The notes: generated by a model not told the origin, from the sequence alone. Shown: positions 47,036 to 55,760, counted from the first letter of the stretch. The stretch: 64,000 nt of DNA from an uncultured Acidobacteriota bacterium (GCA_963770895.1 CAVYRF010000001.1:1056001-1120000), one strand, 5' to 3'. Translations and numbers: made by a program.

Positions 47036-47479
47036 TCACCCGGCTCTCGCGAGTGCGATCCAAACCAATGCCATCGCTGCCATCACGCCGCAATTCGCCC
47101 ACCCAGACCACTTTGCCAGGTCGACAGGCATCGAGATCGGCGGAATCGGGGTTGTATCGGAGTCCTCGCAAAGTAGGGCATGCCGCGCAGCCTCAAGGTG
47201 ATCCCGGGAGCTTTCAGAGAAAATCGCCATCTTGGCGCTCGTGATGGAGGTAAGAACAGTCTGCAGGACGAAGACGATTGCAATTGCGTGGCTATGCTTA
47301 AGTGGTCTATCATGACTTACAATCAAAGCAATGCCAGCAATGTCGAATGTCAGAAAGACCGTGTAAAATTTCAGCCAAAGATCCCAACACGTGCGGAAGT
47401 TGGTGTTGACCTCTTCGTATTGCTTTTGCAGTAGCCAAGTTCGGCTGCTGGCACCACGGTCGGAAGGGTTCGCTAACAT
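47036..47479 (-). CDS. Small low-GC 3-TM hypothetical membrane protein
   Basis: 147 aa, GGAGAGG RBS, three hydrophobic segments, visibly AT-richer than the flanks. Confidence 0.65.
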   Translation of the reverse strand: MLANPSDRGASSRTWLLQKQYEEVNTNFRTCWDLWLKFYTVFLTFDIAGIALIVSHDRPLKHSHAIAIVFVLQTVLTSITSAKMAIFSESSRDHLEAARHALLCEDSDTTPIPPISMPVDLAKWSGWANCGVMAAMALVWIALARAG

Positions 47480-47876
47480 GAAATCCTCTCCGAAGTGCAA
47501 TTGGTCTGCACCTAGCATGATCTAGTAAGTTCAACTACGAAGTATCGCTCCAAGCTCTTTGGCCGTCAAGAATATCTAGCCTCATCAATAGGTTCACTTC
47601 CCACGGGCCGCTCAACAGCAGGCCGACCGCGCGGGTGCTCTTCGCGCCCGGCCGCGACGCGCCCAGAGCGCGGCGAGCAGGAGCAGGGCGAGCGCCGGTA
47701 GCGGGCCGGCCCCCTACCCCAGGCAGACGTAGGCCGACGGGAGGAGCAGCGTGCCGCCCGCCCAGGAACCTCCGCCTCGCACTGGGCGCGGCGCGCGGCG
47801 GCGAGAAGGATGCCGGCGATCCCCAGCAGCACGAGAGCGGTGACCACCGTCCCCAGACGGGGACTGGCCCCCCCCA

Positions 47877-48085
47877 GAACAGCCGCAGCGCTGCGAGCGC
47901 ATCTCGCTCGATCCCCTCGGCCGATAAAATCGCTCCCCGGCCAGCGCCTTCACCTCCGCTGTCCGACCCGCGGTCAGGTCGATCACCGCAAGCGCGAGCT
48001 AAACGACCGCCGCTTCGAGGGCATCGCGCCTCTCGACCAGGTCGTCCCGCACCTCCGCCAGTTCCGCTCGCGCCTCCTTTCCTGG
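47877..48085 (-). pseudogene. C-terminal fragment of a TPR-like protein (stop and frameshift)
   Basis: EARAELAEVRDDLVERRDALEAAVV*LALAVIDLTAGRTAEVKALAGE / AILSAEGIERDALAALRLF read across two frames. Confidence 0.5.
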
Positions 48086-48186
48086 CCCTCATCCACACGC
48101 GCGCTCAGCCGGTGGGTGTCCTCACAGTGTGTTGGTGTCTCCGCCGTTAATTCGTGTATGCTGCATTTCAACCTACCGTGGAGGAG

Positions 48187-48495
48187 ATGAAAATGAGGAA
48201 AGCTTTGATCAGTTTCGTCTTGAGTGCGGCGGTCTTTTCCTTTGCGCATGCTGCTCTTGCGGCTAACGCGGGGGTGGGAGCGGCTGCCGCCGTTTCGGCG
48301 AACGTGGCTGCGAAGGGGCCGTCTGCTGCGGCGGAGCCGCAGGCCGCCGGCTTTACAAGGTGGCTGAGCACCGGGAGCGTCAAGCTCCCTCCCACCCAAC
48401 CGGACAGTTTTTGCCAGTTTTGCGCTGCCCATGACGCTTCCTGCTGCTCGTCCGGGGAGCTGTCTCAGAACTACATTACTTGGTACTGCTGCTAG
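48187..48495 (+). CDS. Secreted Cys-rich small protein (signal-pro-core)
   Basis: GGAGGAG RBS; signal peptide, Ala-rich linker, C-terminal core FCQFCAAHDASCCSSGELSQNYITWYCC. Confidence 0.72.
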   Translation: MKMRKALISFVLSAAVFSFAHAALAANAGVGAAAAVSANVAAKGPSAAAEPQAAGFTRWLSTGSVKLPPTQPDSFCQFCAAHDASCCSSGELSQNYITWYCC

Positions 48496-48768
48496 CCGAA
48501 GCCTAGGGTCTCACCGCCGTCTCGCCCTGTTCCTGACGCGGGACGAGACGGCGGAGTTGCTGGGAGGCCCGCCGGCCCCTGGCGGGATGGGGTGCCGGCG
48601 GCATGTGCGGTGGGACACCCGCCGCGGAGGCCACGCCGTGGCGCGATCCCGGTCATCGGCTGTTCCTCCCCCTTGCCGCGACCTGGCAGCCCGACGCACC
48701 GCGGCCCGCGAGCCGCGGTCCTCGCCCTTCGCGCAGCGCCGCAAGCGGCGAGCTGGTATCCTGGAAAA

Positions 48769-50859
48769 ATGACAGCCATCACTCGGCGTGCATTCATTGG
48801 CCTGGCGGCAGCCTTCGGCGCGACCGCTGCTTGGGGCCGTTCCACCGGCACCGCGTCGCGGAGTGCGTGGAAGGAGCGGCGCAACCTCTATCCCGAGGGC
48901 GTCGCTTCGGGCGATCCCGATTCCCATAGCGTGCTGCTGTGGACCCGACGACCGCCGTCCGCCAGCGCCGCAACGGTCACGCACCTGACCGTGGAGGTGG
49001 CCGAGGACGAGGGCTTCCACCACGTTGTGGCGACGGCGCAAACGCCGATCTCGGCGGCGTCGGATTGGACCTGCCGGGTGCTGGTGGGCGGCCTGCAGCC
49101 GGCGCGGGTCTACTGGTACCGCTTCACCGACCCTTCAGGGTGGGGCAGCCGTGTCGGGCGCACGCTGACCGCGCCGTCCGACGACGATGGGCGCCCGGTG
49201 CGCTTCGTCTTCGTCAGCTGTCAGAACGCCAACGACGGCGCGCAGAACGCCTACCGGCGCATGATCCACGAGGACGAGCGGGCGCCCGAGGGCGAGCGCA
49301 TCGGCTTCGTGCTGCACCTCGGCGACTTCATTTACGAGATCGTGTGGTACCCCGAGGACCGGCCTCAGGGCATGTACGACCGGCGGGTGCGCGACCTGGT
49401 GCGTTATCCGCACGGCGAAAAGATCCACGACTTCCACGTCCCGACGACGCTCGACGACTACCGCGCCGTCTATCGCGCCTATCTCGCCGATCCCGACCTG
49501 CAGGATGCCCGCGCCCGCTGGCCGTTCGTCAACATGTGGGACAACCACGAGTTCAGCTGGCAGGGCTGGCAGGCCATCCAGCGCTTCGACGGCCAGAATC
49601 GCCCGGCGCAGACCCGCAAGGTGGCGGCCAACCAGGCGTTCTTCGAGTTCCAGCCGGCGCGCCTGGTGCGGCCGGGAGCGGCTCCCACCGAGAAGCTGGA
49701 GCGCTTCGAGGCGCCGCCGGTCGCCGATGTACCGGTCGAGCGTTTCGACGGCCACGGTATGGGCCAGGAGCCCAACAACCTGGCGGCCATTCACAGCCTG
49801 ACCGGCTATCGGGCGCTGCGCTGGGGGCGTCACGTCGAGCTGATCGTCACCGATCAGCGCAGCTACCGCTCCGAGGATCAGACCAGCCGCACCGAGGCGC
49901 ACGCCTTCGACAGTCCGGACTTCCCGCAGCTGGTGCCGGTCGAGGCGCTGGAGATGATGGATGGCTGCCGTGCCTACAACGGTGGCCGGCCGCCGGCGTC
50001 GCTGCCGTACGGCGGCGCCCGGGTGGCCAATTTCTGCCGCGATCTGCCGCCGCAGACCATCCTGGGGGCTGAGCAGCTGGCCTGGTTTCTCGACCGCCTG
50101 CGCGGCTCCCGCGCCACTTGGAAGGTCTGGGGCAACACCACGGCGACGCTCGATGCGCGCGCCGATCCGCAGAACCTGCCGCCGGGTGTGGCCAAGCAAC
50201 CGTGGCCGGGCGCCGCCTATGGCGCCATGAACATGGGCGACCACGGCAACGCCTTCGTGGAGCGCGGGCAGATCTACGACTTCGTGCGGACCCACGGCAT
50301 CACCGGCTTCGCCACAGTGGCCGGCGACCGCCACAGCTTCTGGGCAGGCCTGGCGGCGAAGGCCCTGCCGCCGCAGGCGTTCGAGCCGGTGGGCATCGCC
50401 TTCGTCACCGGCTCCATCTCGGCGCCGGGACTGGTCGAGGCGCTGGAGCACAACCTCGCCAAGGACCACCCGCTGCGCGCCCTTTACGTCGGCCAGGGAC
50501 CGCAGGACGCGCGGCCGCAGCCGACCCTCAACCTGCTGCTGCGCCACGGCGTGCGCGCCTGCCTCGAATACGCGCGCAGCGGCGACATCGCCAAGGCGCG
50601 GGCGCTGTCCAACCGCGAGCTGGCGCCGCACCTGGCGTTCGTCGATATGGGCGGCCACGGCTACTCGGTGGTGCGGGCGGCCGCCGACGCGCTGGAGACC
50701 GAGTTCGTCTGCATCCCGCGGCCGGTGGAGCGCGCCGCCCGCCCGGACGGCGGCCCCTTGAGCTATCGCGTCGTGCACCGCACGCCGCTGTGGCAGGCCG
50801 GCGAGACGCCGCGCCTGGAGCAACGCATCGTCGAGGGCGACCCGCGGTTCTCGGTGTAG
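48769..50859 (+). CDS. phoD: Alkaline phosphatase D family, Tat-exported
   Basis: TRRAFI Tat motif, GVASGDP..SVLLWTR, FVSCQ, LHLGDFIYE, WDNHE, DQRSYR, LGAEQLAW, GDRHS. Confidence 0.92.
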   Translation: MTAITRRAFIGLAAAFGATAAWGRSTGTASRSAWKERRNLYPEGVASGDPDSHSVLLWTRRPPSASAATVTHLTVEVAEDEGFHHVVATAQTPISAASDWTCRVLVGGLQPARVYWYRFTDPSGWGSRVGRTLTAPSDDDGRPVRFVFVSCQNANDGAQNAYRRMIHEDERAPEGERIGFVLHLGDFIYEIVWYPEDRPQGMYDRRVRDLVRYPHGEKIHDFHVPTTLDDYRAVYRAYLADPDLQDARARWPFVNMWDNHEFSWQGWQAIQRFDGQNRPAQTRKVAANQAFFEFQPARLVRPGAAPTEKLERFEAPPVADVPVERFDGHGMGQEPNNLAAIHSLTGYRALRWGRHVELIVTDQRSYRSEDQTSRTEAHAFDSPDFPQLVPVEALEMMDGCRAYNGGRPPASLPYGGARVANFCRDLPPQTILGAEQLAWFLDRLRGSRATWKVWGNTTATLDARADPQNLPPGVAKQPWPGAAYGAMNMGDHGNAFVERGQIYDFVRTHGITGFATVAGDRHSFWAGLAAKALPPQAFEPVGIAFVTGSISAPGLVEALEHNLAKDHPLRALYVGQGPQDARPQPTLNLLLRHGVRACLEYARSGDIAKARALSNRELAPHLAFVDMGGHGYSVVRAAADALETEFVCIPRPVERAARPDGGPLSYRVVHRTPLWQAGETPRLEQRIVEGDPRFSV

Positions 50860-51021
50860 AGCGGCGGGCACGAGAGGCGGCGGGTCGCCCGCGGGCGGCC
50901 CTGGGGCAGCCGCGGCGCGATCCGGTTCGGTGCGGGTTACGCGGTATGGAAGATGCGGTCGTCGCACTCGGTCGCCTTCGTCATGGCAATGCCGTTGATT
51001 GGCACCCCCGGCGGCCCCCCT

Positions 51022-51099
51022 GGCACCCAGCTTGACCTGGCTCCAGCGGCGAGACGCCCGGAGCTTCCGGACCAGGAGCTTCACGCCCTCAGGCTCCAT
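51022..51099 (-). pseudogene. XRE-type HTH N-terminal remnant
   Basis: MEPEGVKLLVRKLRASRRWSQVKLGA after GGAGG, then the sequence degenerates. Confidence 0.35.
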
Positions 51100-51288
51100 C
51101 CTCCACATCGTGCCCGGTTCCCCCATGGTTGGTGCACATTCTCTGACGTATGAGGTAACTTTCTTCACCACCCTTGGCGCTCCAGCGGGCGACCACCTCC
51201 GGCCGGCTGCCCCCCGACAGGAGCCTACCCACGACTCGGTGCTATTGTGCGTATATACGTTTATGAGATTTTGAGACCGGAGGCCCAG

Positions 51289-51543
51289 ATGAAGAAGACG
51301 ACGCTCCGCTTCGTGACCCTTGCCCTGGCGATCACCCTGTGCGTGCTTGCCCAGAACCCTCGCGCGGTTGCCGCGGCGGCTTGCCCGACCCTGACCTGTG
51401 CCGAGTTGGCCAACGAGCTCAACGAGATCGGCTGCGGGGTGAACAGCATCAAAGGCGATGGCACCTGCACCGAAGGCGGTACGACGCACAACCTGCTCAT
51501 TCTTCACGGGGCCTGCGGACAGGGCGGAGTGTGCTACCAGTAG
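51289..51543 (+). CDS. Secreted 6-Cys small protein
   Basis: GGAGG RBS; MKK signal peptide; mature part CPTLTC...GC...TC...AC...VCYQ; AT-rich upstream region. Confidence 0.75.
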   Translation: MKKTTLRFVTLALAITLCVLAQNPRAVAAAACPTLTCAELANELNEIGCGVNSIKGDGTCTEGGTTHNLLILHGACGQGGVCYQ

Positions 51544-51866
51544 CCGGATCGCCGGTGGGGAATCCTTACGAGTTCCGCCTCAACACCGACACGGAGACGA
51601 TTCCCCTGATGGTCGTGCGATGCGCAGGCGCCGACGGCCGCTTCCCGGGGGACGTCCACGAAATCGGGGCGTTCCCGCCGGCCGAGACGAGCGAGGACAT
51701 CGTCTGGGTCGATGGCTATTTCGCCCGCTGGCCCGAGGACGAACCCGTGACGCGCCGCGATCTGGATCGCTTGGCATAGCCCACCGACGAGCAGGGCGTC
51801 AGCGCCACAAGGTGGTCCACCATGCGCCCGTCTCGTTCGACGCTGGCCGAAGCTCCAGGGCTCCGG

Positions 51867-52169
51867 TCACACGCTGTGCAGGCGGATCCGCTTGTCTCCG
51901 AAGTTGGCGACCACCTCGATCTCCCCGCCGAGGGCTTCGACATATTTCCGTAGCGTGGACAGACGGTGGTCCGTTCGGCGCTCGGTGTCCGAGACTTGAC
52001 CCTGTGACTGCTGGACCAGAGCCGCCATGTCCTGCTGGGTCTTGCCTACCAGCTCCCGGAGGCCTCGGAGGTCCATGTCGAGGATCTCCTGCTCAACCTC
52101 TTGGTGAAGCTGCTTACGCCGCGTCGTTCCCATCTTGTGCTGCAGATCCTTCCACTGATGGACGCTCAT
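51867..52169 (-). CDS. XRE-family HTH antitoxin (HigA-like)
   Basis: LRGLRELVGKTQQDMA..QSQGQVSDTERRTD..LSTLRKYVEALGG; AAGGAG RBS. Confidence 0.9.
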   Translation of the reverse strand: MSVHQWKDLQHKMGTTRRKQLHQEVEQEILDMDLRGLRELVGKTQQDMAALVQQSQGQVSDTERRTDHRLSTLRKYVEALGGEIEVVANFGDKRIRLHSV

Positions 52170-52174
52170 CGTGC

Positions 52175-52534
52175 TCACTCCTTGGCGAACTCTTCCGCGC
52201 GCTCACGCTGGTATTGCTCCCAGACCGTTTCCGCCCAGGGCACGTACTTTTCATAGAACCGGGCCTTGCCGCTCTTGTCCCCACCCAGGAGCAGGACCGC
52301 CTGGTGTTCGGGATCGAAGCAGTAGAAAACCCGCACTGGCCTGCCCCGATGCTGGACCCCACAGCTCCCGCAGCGGGTATCGCGACCCTTGGATTGCGCT
52401 CGAGTATGGGAATCCGAGCTTCATCCCCAATTCTTCAAGCAGGGTCACCAGAGACGAAAAACCGACTCCTGTTCGTCGATTGCCAGGGCCTCGTACCAGC
52501 CCTTGAACTCATTGGTAACGACGACTTCGACCAC
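52175..52534 (-). pseudogene. RelE/HigB (Gp49-like) toxin with two frameshifts
   Basis: VEVVVTNEFKGWYEAL..ESVFRL / TLLEELGMKLGFPYSSAIQGSRYPLREL / QHRGRPVRVFYCFDP..AVLLLGGDK spread over three frames. Confidence 0.85.
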
Positions 52535-52539
52535 GCCTT

Positions 52540-52568
52540 ATTATCGTTCAAAACCGATATCGTGTCAA
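52540..52568 (-). promoter_or_regulatory. Sigma70 promoter of the TA operon with operator inverted repeat
   Basis: TTGACA-17 nt-GATAAT; TATCG-N8-CGATA inverted repeat overlaps the spacer and -10; GTG start follows the -10 after 5 nt. Confidence 0.75.
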
Positions 52569-52716
52569 CATGTTAGAGGGGCCGGCCCCGTCGGGGGGCT
52601 ACCGAGTGATGAGACCTCATCGCCGCCGCACTGCTCGCCCTGGCGGCGGCAACTCCAAAGACGATGCTTCGGGCTGCACCGTGCCGGGATCGAGTTTCGG
52701 GGGCTTCGCTCGCAGG

Positions 52717-52880
52717 GCTGGCAGTTGCCCGAGCGCGCACCGCGGGCTCAGGGTGTGGCGAGTGCGCGGTGGCGTTGGCAAAGATCTTGGTGGGGCAGGG
52801 GGATGGCTGTGGCGCTAGAGTCCGGCGGGAGAAGCGCACGGGGGCCGTGGTGCGCGCGAGGCAAAGGGGTCGAAGGGAAT
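52717..52880. repeat. Dispersed ~163-bp repeat, copy 2
   Basis: Same orientation as 45298-45460. Confidence 0.9.
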
Positions 52881-53095
52881 CGGAGGGCACGCCTCTGCCG
52901 GGCCTGGCCATGCCTCCCTGCTTGCGGCGCCGCCGGCTTGCGGCCGGAGTACCAGCGGTGCTTGCAGCGGCTGGCAAGTCCCGCACCGCAGCGCGCGCCG
53001 CGGACCGCTACCGCGGCTGTTTCTACGAGGCGGCGTTACGGAGAGTGGAGGCGTGGCGGGCCTGGGCGGCATCGACGAGGTGAACTAGGCGCTTA

Positions 53096-54374
53096 GGCAG
53101 CGTCAATAAATAACATTGACCTGCCGTGGAGATGGTGATACAACGATTTGGAGATGACAGATCTTCGATCGCTTCAGCAAAAGGTGGCTCTCCTCTGGCC
53201 CCATCTGGACGAGCGTGCACGACGACTCTTTGCGGCGAGCGAGGCTCGTCAACTGGGGCATGGCGGTGTGTCGACGGTCAGTCGGGCATGCGGTTTGTCT
53301 CGCGTCACAATCACGAAGGGTCTACAGGAACTCGAGAGTGCCCCTCTACCTGCGGGTCGGGTCCGGCGCGAAGGCGGTGGGCGACCATCGCTGGAAATGC
53401 TCGACCCCGACCTGCTGAGCCGGTTGGAGGCTCTCGTGGAGCCGCTGACGAGCGGCGACCCAGAGTCCCCGCTACGCTGGACAAGCAAGAGCACCCGCGT
53501 CCTCGCCGCGGAACTTGCGGCTCAGAACCATCCGGTCAGCCATGAGAAGGTGGCGCAGTTGCTGCGACAAATGGACTACAGCTTTCAAGGCAACCGGAAG
53601 GCAGACGAGGGGAGCAGCCATCCGGATCGCGATGCTCAGTTTCAATACATCAACGAGCAAGTGCGCAAAGCCTTGGCTGCAAAGCGGCCGGTCATCTCGG
53701 TTGACACGAAGAAGAAGGAGATCCTCGGCAACTACCAGAACAAGGGCAAGCAGTGGCGAAAGAGAGGGGATCCGCAGCGGGTCAATGTCCACGACTTTCC
53801 AGCTCCCTCCGTGCCGCGCGCGTACCCGTACGGTGTCTACGATCTGGGTCGAAACACTGGCTTCGTGACGATAGGCATTGACCACGACACTGGCGCCTTC
53901 GCGGTGGCGTCGATTCGCGGTTGGTGGCGCGCCGAAGGGCGGCGGCTCTATCCCAAGGCAAGGACTCTTCTCATCACCGCTGATGGTGGGGGCAGCAACG
54001 GCTATCGTCTGCGTCAATGGAAAATGGAGCTTCAGGAGCTGGCCGACGACTCAGGGCTCTCCATCATGGTTTGTCACTTTCCTCCCGGGACGAGCAAGTG
54101 GAACAAGGTAGAGCACCGCCTGTTTTCTTTCATCTCATCCAACTGGCGAGGAGAACCGCTTCGCGACTACGAGACTATCGTGCGTCTGATCGCCAAGACC
54201 ACCACCGCTCAGGGGCTTAGGGTGACATGCCGACTGGACCGACGAGCCTATCCCGTCGGGCGCAAGGTCTCTGACAAGGAGATCGCCACCGTGAACCTGC
54301 TGCCCCAATCCTTCCATGTCGAATGGAACTACATTATTCGGCCTCATGTGTAAATGTTGTTTATTGACGACGCC
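53096..54374 (+). mobile_element. ISAzo13-family insertion sequence
   Basis: Terminal IRs GGCAGCGTCAATAAATAACATT / AATGTTGTTTATTGACGACGCC; 3-bp TTA duplication on both sides. Confidence 0.92.
53154..54353 (+). CDS. ISAzo13-family transposase
   Basis: LDERARRL.AA.EA, GDPESPLRWTSKS, HPDRDAQF, ISVDTKKKE, ITADGGGSNG, PPGTSKWNKVEHRLFS. Confidence 0.96.
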   Translation: MTDLRSLQQKVALLWPHLDERARRLFAASEARQLGHGGVSTVSRACGLSRVTITKGLQELESAPLPAGRVRREGGGRPSLEMLDPDLLSRLEALVEPLTSGDPESPLRWTSKSTRVLAAELAAQNHPVSHEKVAQLLRQMDYSFQGNRKADEGSSHPDRDAQFQYINEQVRKALAAKRPVISVDTKKKEILGNYQNKGKQWRKRGDPQRVNVHDFPAPSVPRAYPYGVYDLGRNTGFVTIGIDHDTGAFAVASIRGWWRAEGRRLYPKARTLLITADGGGSNGYRLRQWKMELQELADDSGLSIMVCHFPPGTSKWNKVEHRLFSFISSNWRGEPLRDYETIVRLIAKTTTAQGLRVTCRLDRRAYPVGRKVSDKEIATVNLLPQSFHVEWNYIIRPHV

Positions 54375-54481
54375 TTAGCGTCTCTTGCCGGGGCCGCTTT
54401 TGGGGAATGGGGCGGCACGATGCCGCCCCGCTGTGCCTCTGGACTACTCAACTGCGATCACTTCTCTGCTCTGTCGCCGGC

Positions 54482-54859
54482 TCAGGTGGCGAGCGGTCGC
54501 AGCTCGCGATCGACGGCGGCGACGATTGCGCTTACCTGCACGGCCATCTTGCCGGCAAAGCGGGCAAGGCGGGCTTCCTGGGGTTCGAGGCACGATTCCT
54601 CGGCCGCTTGGCGCATTGAGTGAAAGAACCCCTCAATGAAGCGCAGCTCGGCCAGGGCGGCGCGCATCTCCGCGTGGCTGGTGGACTCGTCGCCGGGGAA
54701 CTCGGCCGTCACGATCGCCATTTCGTAGATCATCCGGCCGACCTGGCGCAGCGCCTCGCGCGACACCGGATCGTCAATGCAGATCAGAGTCGTTTCCCTG
54801 AAGGAATCGGCGGCGTTCCAGGGTGGCGGGGGCGGGTTAGACTGGCTGAAGCTCGGCAT
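54482..54859 (-). CDS. Hypothetical protein (mobile-element associated)
   Basis: 125 aa ORF with GGAGGA RBS; MPSFSQSNPPPPPW start, helical body. Confidence 0.65.
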   Translation of the reverse strand: MPSFSQSNPPPPPWNAADSFRETTLICIDDPVSREALRQVGRMIYEMAIVTAEFPGDESTSHAEMRAALAELRFIEGFFHSMRQAAEESCLEPQEARLARFAGKMAVQVSAIVAAVDRELRPLAT

Positions 54860-55160
54860 GAGGCACGTCCTCCTGCTGGGTTAGGCGTCGGTCGGGGCTG
54901 CGATCCCCGCCCGGCGCTGCTTGTAGGGATGGGGCGGCGCGCGCCGCCCCGCCGTGTATCAAGTGTCGGGATTCGTGATGGCGATCACCCTGTCGCCGGC
55001 CGAGTAGCAGTCGGTGTCGGGTTTCGGCGGGGTGGCGTAAGCACGCCGCCAAGGCGTTTGACCAGGAAGGCGACGAAAGGCAGGGCGCCGCCTGGCGTCC
55101 TGCATCAAATCGGCAACAATTCTAGGGTCTAGGGTGTTGGTGCTGCGGGGGTGCTGGTTA

Positions 55161-55173
55161 CAACTCGTTGATT
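55161..55173 (-). promoter_or_regulatory. IHF-consensus site just 3' of tRNA-Tyr
   Basis: Minus strand AATCAACGAGTTG matches WATCAANNNNTTR exactly. Confidence 0.5.
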
Positions 55174-55177
55174 TTAA

Positions 55178-55264
55178 TGGTGGAGGCGGGAGGATTCGAA
55201 CCTCCGTAGGGCGAAGCCCGGCAGATTTACAGTCTGCTGCCATTGTCCACTCGGCCACACCTCC
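55178..55264 (-). tRNA. tRNA-Tyr(GTA)
   Basis: Reverse complement GGAGGTGTGGCCGAGTGGACAATGGCAGCAGACTGTAAATCTGCC-GGGCTTCGCCC-TACGGAGGTTCGAATCCTCCCGCCTCCACCA; long variable arm, CCA. Confidence 0.97.
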
Positions 55265-55284
55265 AGCCCGAACGGGCGGAGCGG

Positions 55285-55313
55285 AGTATATGCAGAACCG
55301 GGTGGCGCCTCAA
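55285..55313 (-). promoter_or_regulatory. Sigma70 promoter for tRNA-Tyr
   Basis: TTGAGG-17 nt-TATACT followed by a GC-rich discriminator. Confidence 0.6.
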
Positions 55314-55376
55314 GTTGGGTGATGTGGCGGACGCGGTGGGCGCCGCGGCCGGTGCCGCCGTCCGCGTGCACGGGGG

Positions 55377-55760
55377 CTAGATCCTGACGAGCAGGCGGCC
55401 GGTCCACAGGCCCAGGAGGCCGGCGGCCAGGCAGCCCAGGAGGGTGGCGGCGACGTTCAGAAGGGCGTACCCGGGGTTGTCGGATTGCAGGAAGCGGACG
55501 GTTTCGTAGTTGAAGCTGGAGTAGGTGGTGAAGCCGCCCAGGAGGCCGGTGGTGAGGGTGAGGCGGAGGGTGGGGGAGAAGAAGTCGGTCGCCAGGGCGG
55601 ATTCCATGATGGTCCCCAGGAGGAAGGAGCCGATGAGGTTGACGGCCAGGGTGCCCCAGGGAAAGGCGGGCCCCGCGGTGCGGGCCAGCCAGGAGGAGAG
55701 CAGGTAGCGGGCGCCGGTGCCGACGGCACCTGCCGCACAGATGGAGAGGAATCGCGCCAT
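55377..55760 (-). CDS. crcB: Fluoride efflux channel CrcB/FluC
   Basis: GAVGTGARY, FPWGTLAVNLIGSFLLG, TGLLGGFTTYSSF. Confidence 0.95.
   Translation of the reverse strand: MARFLSICAAGAVGTGARYLLSSWLARTAGPAFPWGTLAVNLIGSFLLGTIMESALATDFFSPTLRLTLTTGLLGGFTTYSSFNYETVRFLQSDNPGYALLNVAATLLGCLAAGLLGLWTGRLLVRI

Noticed and set aside
47770-47870. IPTL-CTERM-like sorting signal on the minus strand (VVTALVLLGIAGILLAAARR)
   Set aside because: The signature motif is not in frame and there is no upstream protein body; too weak to call.
51555-51779. Possible small ORF (…IVWVDGYFARWPEDEP…)
   Set aside because: Protein-like but no clear start, RBS or recognisable family.
45140-52700. Integron cassette array
   Set aside because: No intI and no repeated attC-like RYYYAAC...GTTRRRY structures found; genes lie in mixed orientations.
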